Sequence record: SRR22947725_3536
Length of the DNA stretch: 35,994 bases
Reading direction: 5' to 3' (one strand)
Numbering within the stretch: the first letter of the stretch is position 1; each line of letters begins with the position of its first letter. Shown piece after piece: positions 1-9,964 of the stretch. The notes under the pieces were generated by a model. It was not told the origin of the DNA, did not search any database, and worked only from the letters and a program-made list of their open reading frames with translations. The position numbers and the translations under genes are program-made.

Positions 1-236
1 GGTGTGTCAATTAAATTAAAAACATATTGCTGATTATCCTTAGCTTTATATGAAAGAGTGACCGTTTGGGCTTTAATAGTAATTCCCCTTTCTCTTTCTA
101 AATCCATTGAATCAAGGACTTGGGCCTCCATTTCTCTATCAGCGAGACCCCCGCAATGCTGAATAATCCTATCTGCTAATGTAGATTTGCCGTGATCAAT
201 GTGAGCAATAATTGAAAAGTTTCTGATATTTTCCAT
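1..236 (-). CDS. lepA: Elongation factor 4 (LepA), 5' part, runs off the window
   Basis: Manual translation from ATG at 236 gives [23 protein letters not shown]...[11 protein letters not shown]...NLIDTP (translational GTPase motifs). Position downstream of the rpoE-rse-mucD cluster is typical. Confidence 0.97.
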   Translation of the reverse strand, partial: MENIRNFSIIAHIDHGKSTLADRIIQHCGGLADREMEAQVLDSMDLERERGITIKAQTVTLSYKAKDNQQYVFNLIDT

Positions 237-254
237 AATTTATTTACTAAATCT

Positions 255-288
255 AAAAAATTAAAGGCGCTAAAGGCGCCTTTAATTT
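255..288 (-). terminator. Intrinsic terminator after degP/mucD
   Basis: Perfect 13-bp inverted repeat AAATTAAAGGCGC-taaag-GCGCCTTTAATTT (258-288), ending in a T-run on the minus strand. Confidence 0.8.
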
Positions 289-328
289 CCTAATTTTACC
301 TGATTGTAAAAAGATATATTTAAATAAT

Positions 329-1726
329 TTAATTTAAAACTTTTACCGGGACAAAGAGTGTATCTCCGTTTCGATAAATGAGCAGTGCTATCGTTTTACC
401 TTTAGGTGTTTTGTTAACATCCCTATTAAATGCCCTCACTGATGTTACGGGCGTATTATTGAGCGCTAAAATGATATCTCCATTTCTTATCTGAGAGGAA
501 ACCGCAGGCCCTGTCGCCTTTACAACGACTAAACCATTTCTTCCATCAAGCAGTTTTTTATCTTTAGCACTTACCTCTTTTAAAACCAAACCTATCCTAT
601 TAACGCTTTCTTGGTTAGGCTTTTTATTTGAGGCTTGCATTCTATCACTCGGCATTTCGCCTACCTTTACTCTTAATGTTTTTAACTTTCCATTACGCCA
701 AATCTCAACTGGTACAACATTATTTGGCTTTGTGCTACCTACATATTTTGGAAGGTCAGATGATTTCTCAATAACTTTATTATTAAATTTTAAAATAACA
801 TCACCTGCTTCTATCCCTGCTTTACCCGCAGGAGTATCCTTATTAACTGCTGCTACGAGCGCCCCACTTTTATCTTTTAATCCTAGAGCTTCTGTTAATT
901 CGTCTGTGACTTCTTGAATAGCTATTCCAAGCCAGCCACGAACTACACGACCTTTATTTTTTAATTGATCCGCAACATCCATCGCCACATCTATCGGAAT
1001 AGCAAAGGATAGACCCATATAACCACCTGTACGACTATAAATTTGGGAGTTGATACCGATCACCTCTCCGTCTGTATTAAATAATGGGCCGCCTGAATTA
1101 CCTGGATTGATAGCTACATCAGTTTGAATAAAAGGCACAAAGTTTTCTTGGGGGAGAGCGCGTCCTTTTGCGCTAATAACTCCTACGGTCATCGTATTTT
1201 CTAAACCAAAAGGAGAGCCAATTGCCGCAACCCATTCACCGACTTTGATATCTTTTGGGTTTCCAAGTTTGACTACCTGAAGGTCTTTAGCATCTATCTT
1301 CAAAAGAGCTACATCTGTCCTTTTATCAATCCCTAACAATTTAGCCTGAAATTCTCTTTTGTCTGCTAATTTGACAATGATAGAATCTGCCTCGCCCACA
1401 ACATGCGCATTGGTAATAATATAACCATCAGACTCTAAAATAAATCCTGAGCCTGTCGCACTCATTTGCTTTTGTTGCTGATCATTAGGTCCCATACCGG
1501 GAGGCATGGGTATGCCAAAACGATTGAAAAATTCTTGCATGTGCTCTTCTTGAGGCGATAACTGCTGATTTCCCCTATTTACCGCATTCTTAATTGAGCT
1601 AATATTTACGACCGTATTACCTTGCTGTTCAGCAAGCACAGTAAAATCTGGTAAAGACACAGCATATGAAAAATTAATAAAGAATAAAAAGGTTGCAATT
1701 AATTTACTGAGAAAATTTATTTTCAA
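329..1726 (-). CDS. Periplasmic HtrA-family serine protease (DegP/DegQ/MucD type) with two PDZ domains
   Basis: Signal peptide, catalytic-triad motifs TNAHV, TDVAL and GNSGG, and PDZ regions. TTG start with AAGGA upstream. Occupies the mucD position. Confidence 0.95.
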   Translation of the reverse strand: MKINFLSKLIATFLFFINFSYAVSLPDFTVLAEQQGNTVVNISSIKNAVNRGNQQLSPQEEHMQEFFNRFGIPMPPGMGPNDQQQKQMSATGSGFILESDGYIITNAHVVGEADSIIVKLADKREFQAKLLGIDKRTDVALLKIDAKDLQVVKLGNPKDIKVGEWVAAIGSPFGLENTMTVGVISAKGRALPQENFVPFIQTDVAINPGNSGGPLFNTDGEVIGINSQIYSRTGGYMGLSFAIPIDVAMDVADQLKNKGRVVRGWLGIAIQEVTDELTEALGLKDKSGALVAAVNKDTPAGKAGIEAGDVILKFNNKVIEKSSDLPKYVGSTKPNNVVPVEIWRNGKLKTLRVKVGEMPSDRMQASNKKPNQESVNRIGLVLKEVSAKDKKLLDGRNGLVVVKATGPAVSSQIRNGDIILALNNTPVTSVRAFNRDVNKTPKGKTIALLIYRNGDTLFVPVKVLN

Positions 1727-1779
1727 AATAGAATCCTTTTAAAAGTTATTTATAGCTAGCAATGAGCAATTAGTAAACC

Positions 1780-2730
1780 TTAAAATTCTATTGCCCCACT
1801 AAAGGTACTTACTGTTTCAGCCGGGACCATACCGACTGACATAATTTGGTAACCATCTTGATACCTGGCGCTAATATTGTTAGAGCCTATTGTTACAATC
1901 CCCTCTTTGGGCTCGGTTCCTCGAGCTATGGGCCTGATAAACAATGATACATAGGCAAGCCCGTCAGAAAAAATTAGTTGATAATCAAGAATATTTAACC
2001 CGTTCACTCTTCTTGATATTAGATCGACCTCTTTAAAACCAGATGGAAGTTTTTTTAAGTTCCAAAATTTATTTGAAACATAATTTTCAACAAATTTGTT
2101 TTTATTTTGATTTTCATAAAGTTTAGATAAATCAATGTTTTTTTGAAAGATATCTTTGTTGAATACCTTGTTAAATCCAATTGTAGTGAAGGTTGACTGC
2201 TCAATTGTTTGGTTTTTATTATTAGTCACTATAAGTTTAAGGGGTAAAAAGTTTTTTTCATCGATCCAAATATGATAATTAAACCTAAAATCATCTTTAG
2301 CAGTCAGCACAATTAGTTGTGCCATACGATCAGCAATTCTTTTCTTTTCACCAAAAAGTAAATGATAATTTGCTTTTAAATTATCAATGTCTGATGGGAG
2401 AATAGATGGAAAGAGAAATTGATTTTTTCTTTTTTTAATTATCAGTCTATTTTGACTTTGAACATAAACCATTTCACCATCTGAGAAAACTTCACTTGGT
2501 GCTCCATCTAACATTTTGAGCAAGCAATATTCTTTTTTATCTATGTTTGCGTGGATAATATGGGTTGAATTAGATTCAGAAGATGTTTGACTATGAAAAA
2601 TACCTTCATAGTTTAATTTATGGGAAGCTTTAGCCGAATTATCAAGTATTTTCCACGGGTCATCCATTGCCAAAGAAGCAAAAGAAAAAACTAATAGAAG
2701 TAAGGTAAAAAGTTTTTTAAATAATGTCAT
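1780..2730 (-). CDS. rseB: Sigma-E regulator RseB/MucB
   Basis: Signal peptide, LNYEGIF, LKMLDGAP, DDFRFNYHIWIDE and FSDGLAYVSLFI motifs. Directly downstream of rseA. Confidence 0.9.
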   Translation of the reverse strand: MTLFKKLFTLLLLVFSFASLAMDDPWKILDNSAKASHKLNYEGIFHSQTSSESNSTHIIHANIDKKEYCLLKMLDGAPSEVFSDGEMVYVQSQNRLIIKKRKNQFLFPSILPSDIDNLKANYHLLFGEKKRIADRMAQLIVLTAKDDFRFNYHIWIDEKNFLPLKLIVTNNKNQTIEQSTFTTIGFNKVFNKDIFQKNIDLSKLYENQNKNKFVENYVSNKFWNLKKLPSGFKEVDLISRRVNGLNILDYQLIFSDGLAYVSLFIRPIARGTEPKEGIVTIGSNNISARYQDGYQIMSVGMVPAETVSTFSGAIEF

Positions 2731-3189
2731 CTATTGAGCAGAGTCACCAACTTGAACGAAATGGTTCATGTTGTTAGCAGTGGCTGCATGATGAGCGCTA
2801 ATTATTTCTTGTGGTATATCTTCTTTAGCCAATAATTGGCTTTGCGAAGTGCTGTTCACCTCTATATTAAAAGCAGTCGAAGCAATAACCACTAAAACAG
2901 CAAGTGAGGCTAATACAGGCCACATATCAAAAGAAATTGTTGCTGTGTTAGATGAATTAACTTTAGTTAATCCCCCCATTTGGGTAGGTTCTTTATCGAT
3001 TGCTGACATGATTTTGTCAGTTAAATTATTTTTAGGTAAAACAGTATTTTTCTTCATTACGTCACTAATAATTTGATAATCAGACATAGAAGACCTGACT
3101 CCAAGCATTTTATTTTTTTTCGAAAGTAAAGTATCTACTTCCTTATTGTTTATTTCACTGTCAAAAAGTGATGATATTTTTTCATTCAT
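2731..3189 (-). CDS. rseA: Anti-sigma-E factor RseA/MucA
   Basis: N-terminal EKISSLFDSE...YQIISDVMK anti-sigma domain, a single TM helix, and location between rpoE and rseB. Confidence 0.85.
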   Translation of the reverse strand: MNEKISSLFDSEINNKEVDTLLSKKNKMLGVRSSMSDYQIISDVMKKNTVLPKNNLTDKIMSAIDKEPTQMGGLTKVNSSNTATISFDMWPVLASLAVLVVIASTAFNIEVNSTSQSQLLAKEDIPQEIISAHHAATANNMNHFVQVGDSAQ

Positions 3190-3210
3190 TTTCTTAATTA
3201 TTTCCTTTTT

Positions 3211-3900
3211 TTACCAACGTTTATTTGATGTTTCGATTAATGGTTTGAGTTTTTCTGCAATCGTTTCACGAGCTCTGAAAATTCTTGAACGAACCGTTCC
3301 AATTGGACAGTCCATTAACTCAGAGATTTCTTCGTAACACAAACCATCAATTTCTCTTAATGATATTGCCTCTCTTAATTCATCAGGAAGGTTCTGAATT
3401 GCCCCATTCACTGTCTCAGCTATCTGATTTGACATCATGGTAGATTCAGGTGTCTCTGAAACTCTAAGTTCTGACATCGATTCATAGTTTACCATCTCTT
3501 CAATTTCATTAGAATCCATCGCTTTCGGTCTTTTACCCAGTGAAACCAAATGATTTTTTGCGGTGTTAATTCCGATTCTATAAAGCCATGTGTAAAAAGC
3601 ACTATCGCCTCGAAAATTACCAATTGCTCTGTAAGCTTTAATAAATGAATCCTGAACAATATCCTCTATCTCAGATTGGTCACGGACCATTCTTGATATT
3701 AAGCGATATAATTTAAGCTGGTATTTTTCTACCAAAATACTAAAAGCTTGTTTATCCCCTTTTTGAGCTTTCTCGACCAATTTTTGATCAAGTGCTCTGT
3801 CCGGATTTACAGGTTTGATTTCCATCTTCGAATTATCTGGTTTATTATTCGAGCTATTGTACACTGTAGAATTAGTAGAAACGACTTTTAGTGGTTGCAT
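3211..3900 (-). CDS. rpoE: ECF sigma factor RpoE (alternative start ATG at 3825)
   Basis: DQKLVEKAQKGD, FRGDSAFYTWLYRIGINTAKNHL and MDCPIGTVRSRIFRARE motifs. Confidence 0.96.
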   Translation of the reverse strand: MQPLKVVSTNSTVYNSSNNKPDNSKMEIKPVNPDRALDQKLVEKAQKGDKQAFSILVEKYQLKLYRLISRMVRDQSEIEDIVQDSFIKAYRAIGNFRGDSAFYTWLYRIGINTAKNHLVSLGKRPKAMDSNEIEEMVNYESMSELRVSETPESTMMSNQIAETVNGAIQNLPDELREAISLREIDGLCYEEISELMDCPIGTVRSRIFRARETIAEKLKPLIETSNKRW

Positions 3901-3934
3901 ATTACTCTGCTTTCTTTTTTTTAAGAGACTTTAA

Positions 3935-3962
3935 AATGACTATCACAATTATTAAAAGTTCC
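3935..3962 (-). promoter_or_regulatory. Putative sigma-E-dependent autoregulatory promoter of rpoE
   Basis: Minus strand GGAACTT-N16-TCATT resembles the sigma-E consensus GGAACTT-N16-TCAAA and lies about 35 nt upstream of the rpoE ATG. Confidence 0.7.
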
Positions 3963-3979
3963 TAAATAATTAATAAAAA

Positions 3980-5578
3980 ATGAAGAAAAATAATTTTGAC
4001 GTATTAATCATTGGAAGTGGTCTAGCAGGGCTTGCCACCGCTTTAAAGCTAGCTGATGACAAAAGTATTGGGATTGTCTGCAAAACGCAACTGACTGAAA
4101 GTTCTAGCCACTGGGCTCAAGGTGGTGTAGCTGCCGCTATCTCCCCCGAAGATCCTATTTCATCACATATTAAGGACACCAAGAATGCTGGTGCTGGACT
4201 GTGTGATGAAGCCATCACGGAGTTCGTTGCTAACAAAAGTGAAAAAGCTCTCGACTGGCTGATGAACCTAGGCGTTAATTTTACAAAAAATAAACAAGGT
4301 AACGAATTACACCTTACCCGTGAGGGAGGGCATTCTCAGATGAGAGTTGCGCATGTTGCCGACACCACAGGCAAAGCAATTCAAGAACACTTAATTCAGA
4401 AAATTTTATCTCATCCTAATATCTCAGTCCTAGAACATCATATTGCTGTAGACATAATCACATCAGAAAAAATGAAAATTGATATGGAGAAAAATACTTG
4501 CCTTGGGGCTTATATTTTAAATAATAAAAATAATCATGTTGAAACATTTACCTCAAATAATATTGTTCTTGCGACTGGGGGTGCTAGCAAAGTTTATCTT
4601 TACACCACCAACCCAGATGTTAGTACAGGTGATGGTATAGCTATGGGTTGGCGTGCAGGTTGCAAAGTGGCAAATATGGAATTTGTTCAATTTCATCCGA
4701 CCTGCTTATTTGATGAAAAAGATAGATCCTTTCTCATCTCTGAAACCTTAAGGGGTGAAGGGGCAAAGCTAGTCCTGCCAAGTGGTGAAACATTCATGGA
4801 AAAATATGATGACAGGGGTGATTTAGCACCCCGCGATATTGTAGCCCAAGCGATTGATTATGAAATGAAACAAAAAGGCTTAGTGTGTGTATATTTAGAT
4901 ATTAGTGAAAAATCATCGGATTTTATTCGAAAAAGGTTTCCGATGATTTATAAACGTTGTTTGGATAGAGGCATTGATATCACAAAAGAACCCATCCCAG
5001 TGGTTCCAGCAGCTCATTATACTTGTGGTGGAATAATGACAGACGGAGAAGGAAAAACTAATATCAATCAACTTTATGCAATTGGAGAAGTAGCCTGCAC
5101 CGGTCTTCACGGCGCAAATCGCCTTGCAAGTAATTCTTTATTAGAATGTTTAGTATTTTCCTCAACTGCAGCAGCATCTATTTTAAGCAATGATTTTACT
5201 CATGAGTACCAACTCCCTAAATGGGATGAAAGTCGTGTGACAGACGCGGATGAGGAAGTTTTGATTACACATACTTGGAATGAATTAAGAAGGTTTATGT
5301 GGAATTATGTTGGTATTGTTAGAACTAACAAACGATTATCCAGAGCGCTTCATCGTATCAATATGTTAAGGGATGAGGTGGGTGAATTTTATAAGAATTT
5401 TAAGATTTCCTCTAACCTTATTGAGTTAAGAAATTTATTGCAAGTAGCTGAATTGATTGTCCTTTCATCTATAGAAAGGAAAGAAAGTCGAGGCTTACAC
5501 TATAGTAAAGATTTTCCGAAACCTGCTAAAATTGCAAAAAACACTATTCTAAAACCGGAAGATTACAAAAACTCATAG
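3980..5578 (+). CDS. nadB: L-aspartate oxidase
   Basis: FAD-binding IIGSGLAG, SSHWAQGG, REGGHS, QFHPT and GLHGANRLASNSLLE motifs. Divergent from rpoE as in many proteobacteria. Confidence 0.97.
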   Translation: MKKNNFDVLIIGSGLAGLATALKLADDKSIGIVCKTQLTESSSHWAQGGVAAAISPEDPISSHIKDTKNAGAGLCDEAITEFVANKSEKALDWLMNLGVNFTKNKQGNELHLTREGGHSQMRVAHVADTTGKAIQEHLIQKILSHPNISVLEHHIAVDIITSEKMKIDMEKNTCLGAYILNNKNNHVETFTSNNIVLATGGASKVYLYTTNPDVSTGDGIAMGWRAGCKVANMEFVQFHPTCLFDEKDRSFLISETLRGEGAKLVLPSGETFMEKYDDRGDLAPRDIVAQAIDYEMKQKGLVCVYLDISEKSSDFIRKRFPMIYKRCLDRGIDITKEPIPVVPAAHYTCGGIMTDGEGKTNINQLYAIGEVACTGLHGANRLASNSLLECLVFSSTAAASILSNDFTHEYQLPKWDESRVTDADEEVLITHTWNELRRFMWNYVGIVRTNKRLSRALHRINMLRDEVGEFYKNFKISSNLIELRNLLQVAELIVLSSIERKESRGLHYSKDFPKPAKIAKNTILKPEDYKNS

Positions 5579-5649
5579 GACTTATCTTTATATCCCAAAA
5601 AACTTAATTTAAGAACTTTTTGATAGTTTAAATATGAAAGGTACAAAAA

Positions 5650-6129
5650 ATGAAAATTTCCATGAATACAGTTGTTACGATGAGCTACGAAATTCGTGAT
5701 GCTGAAAACAATATACTTGAATCAAGCAAGGAACCTATCACCTATCTTCATGGTGGATACGACCAGATCTTTCCAAAAGTAGAAGAAGCAATTCATAATA
5801 AAAGTAAAGGTGATAAAATTGAAATTGCACTCGAACCTGCTGAAGCATTTGGTGAGTATGATCCAAGTTTAGTTCAATTAGAACCAACGAGTGCATTCCC
5901 CGAGTCACAACTTAAAGAAGGCATGGCTTTTGAGGGCGAGGATGAAAAGGGAGAAGTGATTATCTACTACGTTAAAAATATTGCTGATGGCAAAGTTGAG
6001 GTAGATGGAAACCACCCATGGGCGGGTCAAAAAATTAGCTTTCTTGCAACAATTGAGGGTGTGAGATCTGCTAAAGACGAGGAGATTTCCCACAGACATG
6101 TTCATGGGCCTGGCGGGCATCAACATTAA
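5650..6129 (+). CDS. slyD: FKBP-type peptidyl-prolyl isomerase SlyD
   Basis: YLHGG, PAEAFGEYD and VDGNHPWAG motifs, plus a short His-rich tail HRHVHGPGGHQH. Confidence 0.92.
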   Translation: MKISMNTVVTMSYEIRDAENNILESSKEPITYLHGGYDQIFPKVEEAIHNKSKGDKIEIALEPAEAFGEYDPSLVQLEPTSAFPESQLKEGMAFEGEDEKGEVIIYYVKNIADGKVEVDGNHPWAGQKISFLATIEGVRSAKDEEISHRHVHGPGGHQH

Positions 6130-6197
6130 AAATATTTTTTTAAAATTTTGAAATAAAAAAAGAATAAGATCAGTCAAAATTTTAGTAGAATTGGTAG

Positions 6198-7598
6198 ATG
6201 AACGAAAAAGAAAAAAACACACTTGGTTGGCAAGAATGGGTCGCCTTGCCCAAAATTGGATTATCAGCATTATTAGCTAAAACCGATACAGGTGCAGCTA
6301 CATCAGCACTCCATGCGTTCAATATCCAGCCCTTCGGATCAGAGTCAAATCCAAAAGTGAGGTTCGGCATTAATCCAATTGATGAAAATAAAAGTTACGC
6401 AATTTACTGTTCAGCAAATGTAACTGATATGAGGGAAGTTACATCTTCAAATGGAATCTCTGAAATAAGATATGTAATAAAAACATTTTTAAAGATTGGT
6501 GATGAAGAACCAAAAGAAATAGAGGTAACATTAACCAATCGAGAAAATATGAAGTATCGAATGATTCTTGGAAGAAGTGCGCTTGAAGGTTTTAATATTA
6601 ATGCACAAGAAAGCTTTATACAAAAAAAATTATCTTATGATTTGTATAAAAACTTCAAAAAACAAAGTGCTACAAAAAGAAGTTTAAGAATTGCTATTCT
6701 GAGCGTAGAACCTAAAAACCATTCAAATCAAAAAATCATTGAATCTGCCGAAAAGCATGATCATGTCTGTGAAATTATAAATACCAAAAGATGTTATTTA
6801 AATTTAAAAAGTCATAAACCTGAAGTACATTACAACGGAAAAGAACTTCCATTTTTTGATGCAATTATTCCAAGAATAGGAAGCTCACTTACCTTCTATG
6901 GAACTGCTGTTGTAAGACAATTTGAAGCGATGGGCACGTTTTGTCTTAATTCTTCTGGAGCAATTGGCCTATCTCGAGATAAATTAGCAGCTCATCAAAC
7001 ACTAATTAAACACGCGATACCAATGCCATCAACCGCTTTCGCGAACTCGCCACATGATACTGAAAATTTGATAAGTTTAGTAGATGGTGTTCCTTTAATT
7101 TTAAAACTATTAGAAAGTACGCAGGGCAAAGGTGTTTTGCTAGCAGAATCAAAAAAGGCTGCGTCAGGAATAATCAGTGCATTTCAGAGGCTGCAAGCTC
7201 CCTTCATTCTTCAGGAGTTTGAGGCTGAATCGGGTGGCAGTGATCTTAGATGCCTTGTCATTGGGAATAAAGTTGTAGCTGGGATGATTAGAAGTGCAGG
7301 TGAAGGTGATTTTAGATCTAACTTACATGCCGGTGGAATAGCTAGCAAAGCGAATGTAACAAAAGAAGAAAAATTGATTTCTATTAAAGCAACCGAAGCT
7401 TTAGGATTAGAAATGGCAGGGGTTGATATTCTGAGAACACCAGATGGACCAAAAGTAATTGAAGTCAATAGCTCACCTGGTCTCCAAGGTATAGGGTCCG
7501 TGAGTAACTTAAATTTAGGTGAGGTAATAATTAGTCACATAGAAAAAAAAGTTGTGACTTCAACAAGGCCAAAAGCTTTTAATAAAAACTTAAGTTAA
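6198..7598 (+). CDS. rimK: Fusion of an N-terminal RimB-like (retropepsin-like, so-called 'ATP-dependent Zn protease') domain and a C-terminal RimK ATP-grasp glutamate ligase
   Basis: N-terminal LGWQEWVALP..AKTDTGAATSALHA..VTSSNG..MILGRSAL. C-terminal DAIIPRIG, RDKL, LESTQGKGV, DFRSNLHAGG, AGVDIL and EVNSSPGL. Confidence 0.9.
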   Translation: MNEKEKNTLGWQEWVALPKIGLSALLAKTDTGAATSALHAFNIQPFGSESNPKVRFGINPIDENKSYAIYCSANVTDMREVTSSNGISEIRYVIKTFLKIGDEEPKEIEVTLTNRENMKYRMILGRSALEGFNINAQESFIQKKLSYDLYKNFKKQSATKRSLRIAILSVEPKNHSNQKIIESAEKHDHVCEIINTKRCYLNLKSHKPEVHYNGKELPFFDAIIPRIGSSLTFYGTAVVRQFEAMGTFCLNSSGAIGLSRDKLAAHQTLIKHAIPMPSTAFANSPHDTENLISLVDGVPLILKLLESTQGKGVLLAESKKAASGIISAFQRLQAPFILQEFEAESGGSDLRCLVIGNKVVAGMIRSAGEGDFRSNLHAGGIASKANVTKEEKLISIKATEALGLEMAGVDILRTPDGPKVIEVNSSPGLQGIGSVSNLNLGEVIISHIEKKVVTSTRPKAFNKNLS

Positions 7599-7602
7599 TT
7601 CT

Positions 7603-8409
7603 TTATAAAGCTTTAATTCTTAGTTCTTCTGGAATATGTTGTTGGATTATTTTAATTAATGGTTCATAAATTTTTGGGTTCGTTGCCACAATATTTCCCG
7701 TCAACAACCAATTATTTTTTTCATCAAAGTCACTCACAATACCCCCTGCTTCGGATACAATCAGACCTCCTGCAGCCACATCCCATGTTGATAAATCAAT
7801 TTCCCAAAATCCATCAAACCACCCTGCAGCAACATAAGCTAAATCAAGCGCAGCGGATCCAGGACGTCTAATACCGGCCGTTTTTCTGACAAGTTCCTCA
7901 AGGATGACAAGATATTGGGGTAAATAGGTAAAGTCTCTAAAAGGTATACCCGTTCCAATAATAGAATCTTGGAGTTTTGGGGTCTTAGACACCCTTATCC
8001 GTCTATCATTTAAGTAGGCACCCTGCCCCCTTGAGGCGGTAAAAAGATGATTCCTATTAGGATCATAAACAACCGCATGGGTAATTTCTTCCTTTTGCTT
8101 CAGCGCAATAGAAACACAATATTGGGGAATATTATGTAAGAAATTCGTGGTGCCATCGAGTGGATCTATGATCCACATATTCTCTTTTTTTTCTGATAAA
8201 CCACTTTCTTCGGCAATAAAACCATGGTCAGGATAAGCTTGTGACAATACCCGAATAATTTCTTTCTCAGATGCTAAATCTACCTCACTCACAAAGTCAT
8301 TCATATTTTTGCTGGTGATCGTTAATGAACTAATATCCTCTGAAGCACGAGTGATAATAGAACCAGCTCTTCTGGCAGCTTTAATTGCGGTGTTGAGTAA
8401 CGGGTGCAT
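7603..8409 (-). CDS. suhB: Inositol-1-monophosphatase / Nus antitermination factor SuhB
   Basis: MHPLLNTAIKAARRAG, WIIDPLDGTTNF, RRPGSAALDL and WDVAAG motifs. Confidence 0.96.
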   Translation of the reverse strand: MHPLLNTAIKAARRAGSIITRASEDISSLTITSKNMNDFVSEVDLASEKEIIRVLSQAYPDHGFIAEESGLSEKKENMWIIDPLDGTTNFLHNIPQYCVSIALKQKEEITHAVVYDPNRNHLFTASRGQGAYLNDRRIRVSKTPKLQDSIIGTGIPFRDFTYLPQYLVILEELVRKTAGIRRPGSAALDLAYVAAGWFDGFWEIDLSTWDVAAGGLIVSEAGGIVSDFDEKNNWLLTGNIVATNPKIYEPLIKIIQQHIPEELRIKAL

Positions 8410-8472
8410 AAGGACCTTATAATTAAATGGTAAAATTGCAGTTATAACTTCGCCATTTTACAGAGAAATTCG

Positions 8473-9216
8473 ATGTCAACCAAAATAAATTATGATCAAT
8501 TTGAAATTGTGCTGTGCCGAACCAGCCACCCTGGAAATATTGGCTCAACTGCAAGAGCAATTAAAACTATGGGTTTTTCTAAGCTAACACTTGTTAATCC
8601 GAAGCAATTTCCCCACAGCGATGCTAATGCACTAGCAGCCGGAGCAGAGGATGTACTGAACAATGCAAAAGTTGTAAAAACTATTGAAGAAGCTCTCATA
8701 GATAGTCATTTGATCATTGGATTTACCGCAAGGCAAAGAGAGCTCTCACAGGAACATCAAAATATTAGAAAGATTGCAAAAGATCTTAAAAATGAACCTC
8801 CCCAAAAAAAAATAGCACTTCTTTTTGGAAATGAAACCAATGGCCTATCGAATGATGAGATAAAGCATTGTCATAAGCTTGGCTATATAAACTCTAATGA
8901 GAATTACTCATCTCTTAATCTTGCTCAGGCTGTACAAATTATCTGCTATGAAATTCGTATGCATATAGGTGAAGGTGATGGAATAATTAAGCCAATTAAG
9001 GAAAATGAATTAGTGTCGCATGAAATTCAAAATGGTTTCTATGTTCATCTAGAACAATTACTCACTGAAATAGGTTTCTTAAAAAAAATACAAGGTGAAA
9101 GATTGATGCAGAGACTTCGATTACTATTTAATCGAACCACCATGGAAAAAGATGAAGTAAATATATTGAGAGGCATACTGACCGATATACAAAAAAAAAT
9201 TAAAGATAAAACATAA
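8473..9216 (+). CDS. trmJ: tRNA (C32/U32-2'-O)-methyltransferase, SPOUT family
   Basis: TSHPGNIGSTARAIKTMG, FGNETNGLSN and YSSLNLAQAV motifs. suhB/trmJ/cysE/isc synteny. Confidence 0.92.
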   Translation: MSTKINYDQFEIVLCRTSHPGNIGSTARAIKTMGFSKLTLVNPKQFPHSDANALAAGAEDVLNNAKVVKTIEEALIDSHLIIGFTARQRELSQEHQNIRKIAKDLKNEPPQKKIALLFGNETNGLSNDEIKHCHKLGYINSNENYSSLNLAQAVQIICYEIRMHIGEGDGIIKPIKENELVSHEIQNGFYVHLEQLLTEIGFLKKIQGERLMQRLRLLFNRTTMEKDEVNILRGILTDIQKKIKDKT

Positions 9217-9273
9217 AATTTTGTGAGACAATAATTATTGTTAATTTTTAATTTTAGTCATAAATAATCAATT

Positions 9274-9954
9274 ATGTTTAAACGATTTAAAGAAGACCTT
9301 TCCATTGTTTTTGAGAGAGATCCCGCAGCCAGATCCTATTTAGAAATTCTAACTACTTATCCTGGTGTGCATGCCATCTTAATTCATAGACTCTCGCATA
9401 AATTATGGTCAATTAAACTTTTTTGGTTAGGCAGGCTTTTATCTCATATTGGAAGATTTTTAACTGGAATTGAAATTCACCCTGGCGCACAAATTGGCAG
9501 AAGGTGTTTTATTGATCATGGTATGGGAGTGGTGATTGGTGAAACATCAATTATTGGAGACGATTGTACGCTCTATCATGGGGTCACTTTAGGGGGGACA
9601 TCCTGGAAGCAAGGCAAAAGACACCCAACACTAGAAAATAAAGTTGTCATTGGTGCGGGTGCAAAAGTTTTAGGTCCAATTACTATTAAAGCTGGTGCGA
9701 GAATAGGCTCAAATGCAGTCGTTGTTAATGATGTGGCAAAATCTGCGACAGTCGTAGGAATTCCAGCACGAGCAGTTAAAGATGATAAAAAAGCGACCAG
9801 CTTCAGGCCTTATGCTGTCGGTAAGGACGAAGATGATCCTATGATTAAATCCATTCAATCACTCATCAATAAGGTTGCAAAACAAGAAAGAGCTATTGAA
9901 GCATTAAGTGAAGAAAAAAATAAGCCAAAAAAAACGCCATCTAAATCTAAGTAA
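9274..9954 (+). CDS. cysE: Serine O-acetyltransferase
   Basis: [30 protein letters not shown] and KRHPTL motifs (hexapeptide-repeat acetyltransferase). Confidence 0.96.
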   Translation: MFKRFKEDLSIVFERDPAARSYLEILTTYPGVHAILIHRLSHKLWSIKLFWLGRLLSHIGRFLTGIEIHPGAQIGRRCFIDHGMGVVIGETSIIGDDCTLYHGVTLGGTSWKQGKRHPTLENKVVIGAGAKVLGPITIKAGARIGSNAVVVNDVAKSATVVGIPARAVKDDKKATSFRPYAVGKDEDDPMIKSIQSLINKVAKQERAIEALSEEKNKPKKTPSKSK

Positions 9955-9964
9955 ATCATGAATT

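Noticed and set aside
262-279. Tandem TAAAGGCGC x2 repeat
   Set aside because: A by-product of the terminator hairpin, with only two copies. Not a CRISPR array or iteron.
2036-2063. GGAACTT within rseB as an internal sigma-E promoter for the protease
   Set aside because: No TCAAA/TCTGA-like -10 at the 16-nt spacing.
5905-6370. Minus-strand ORFs of 121 and 62 aa across slyD/rimK
   Set aside because: They overlap conserved genes on the opposite strand and have no recognisable motifs.
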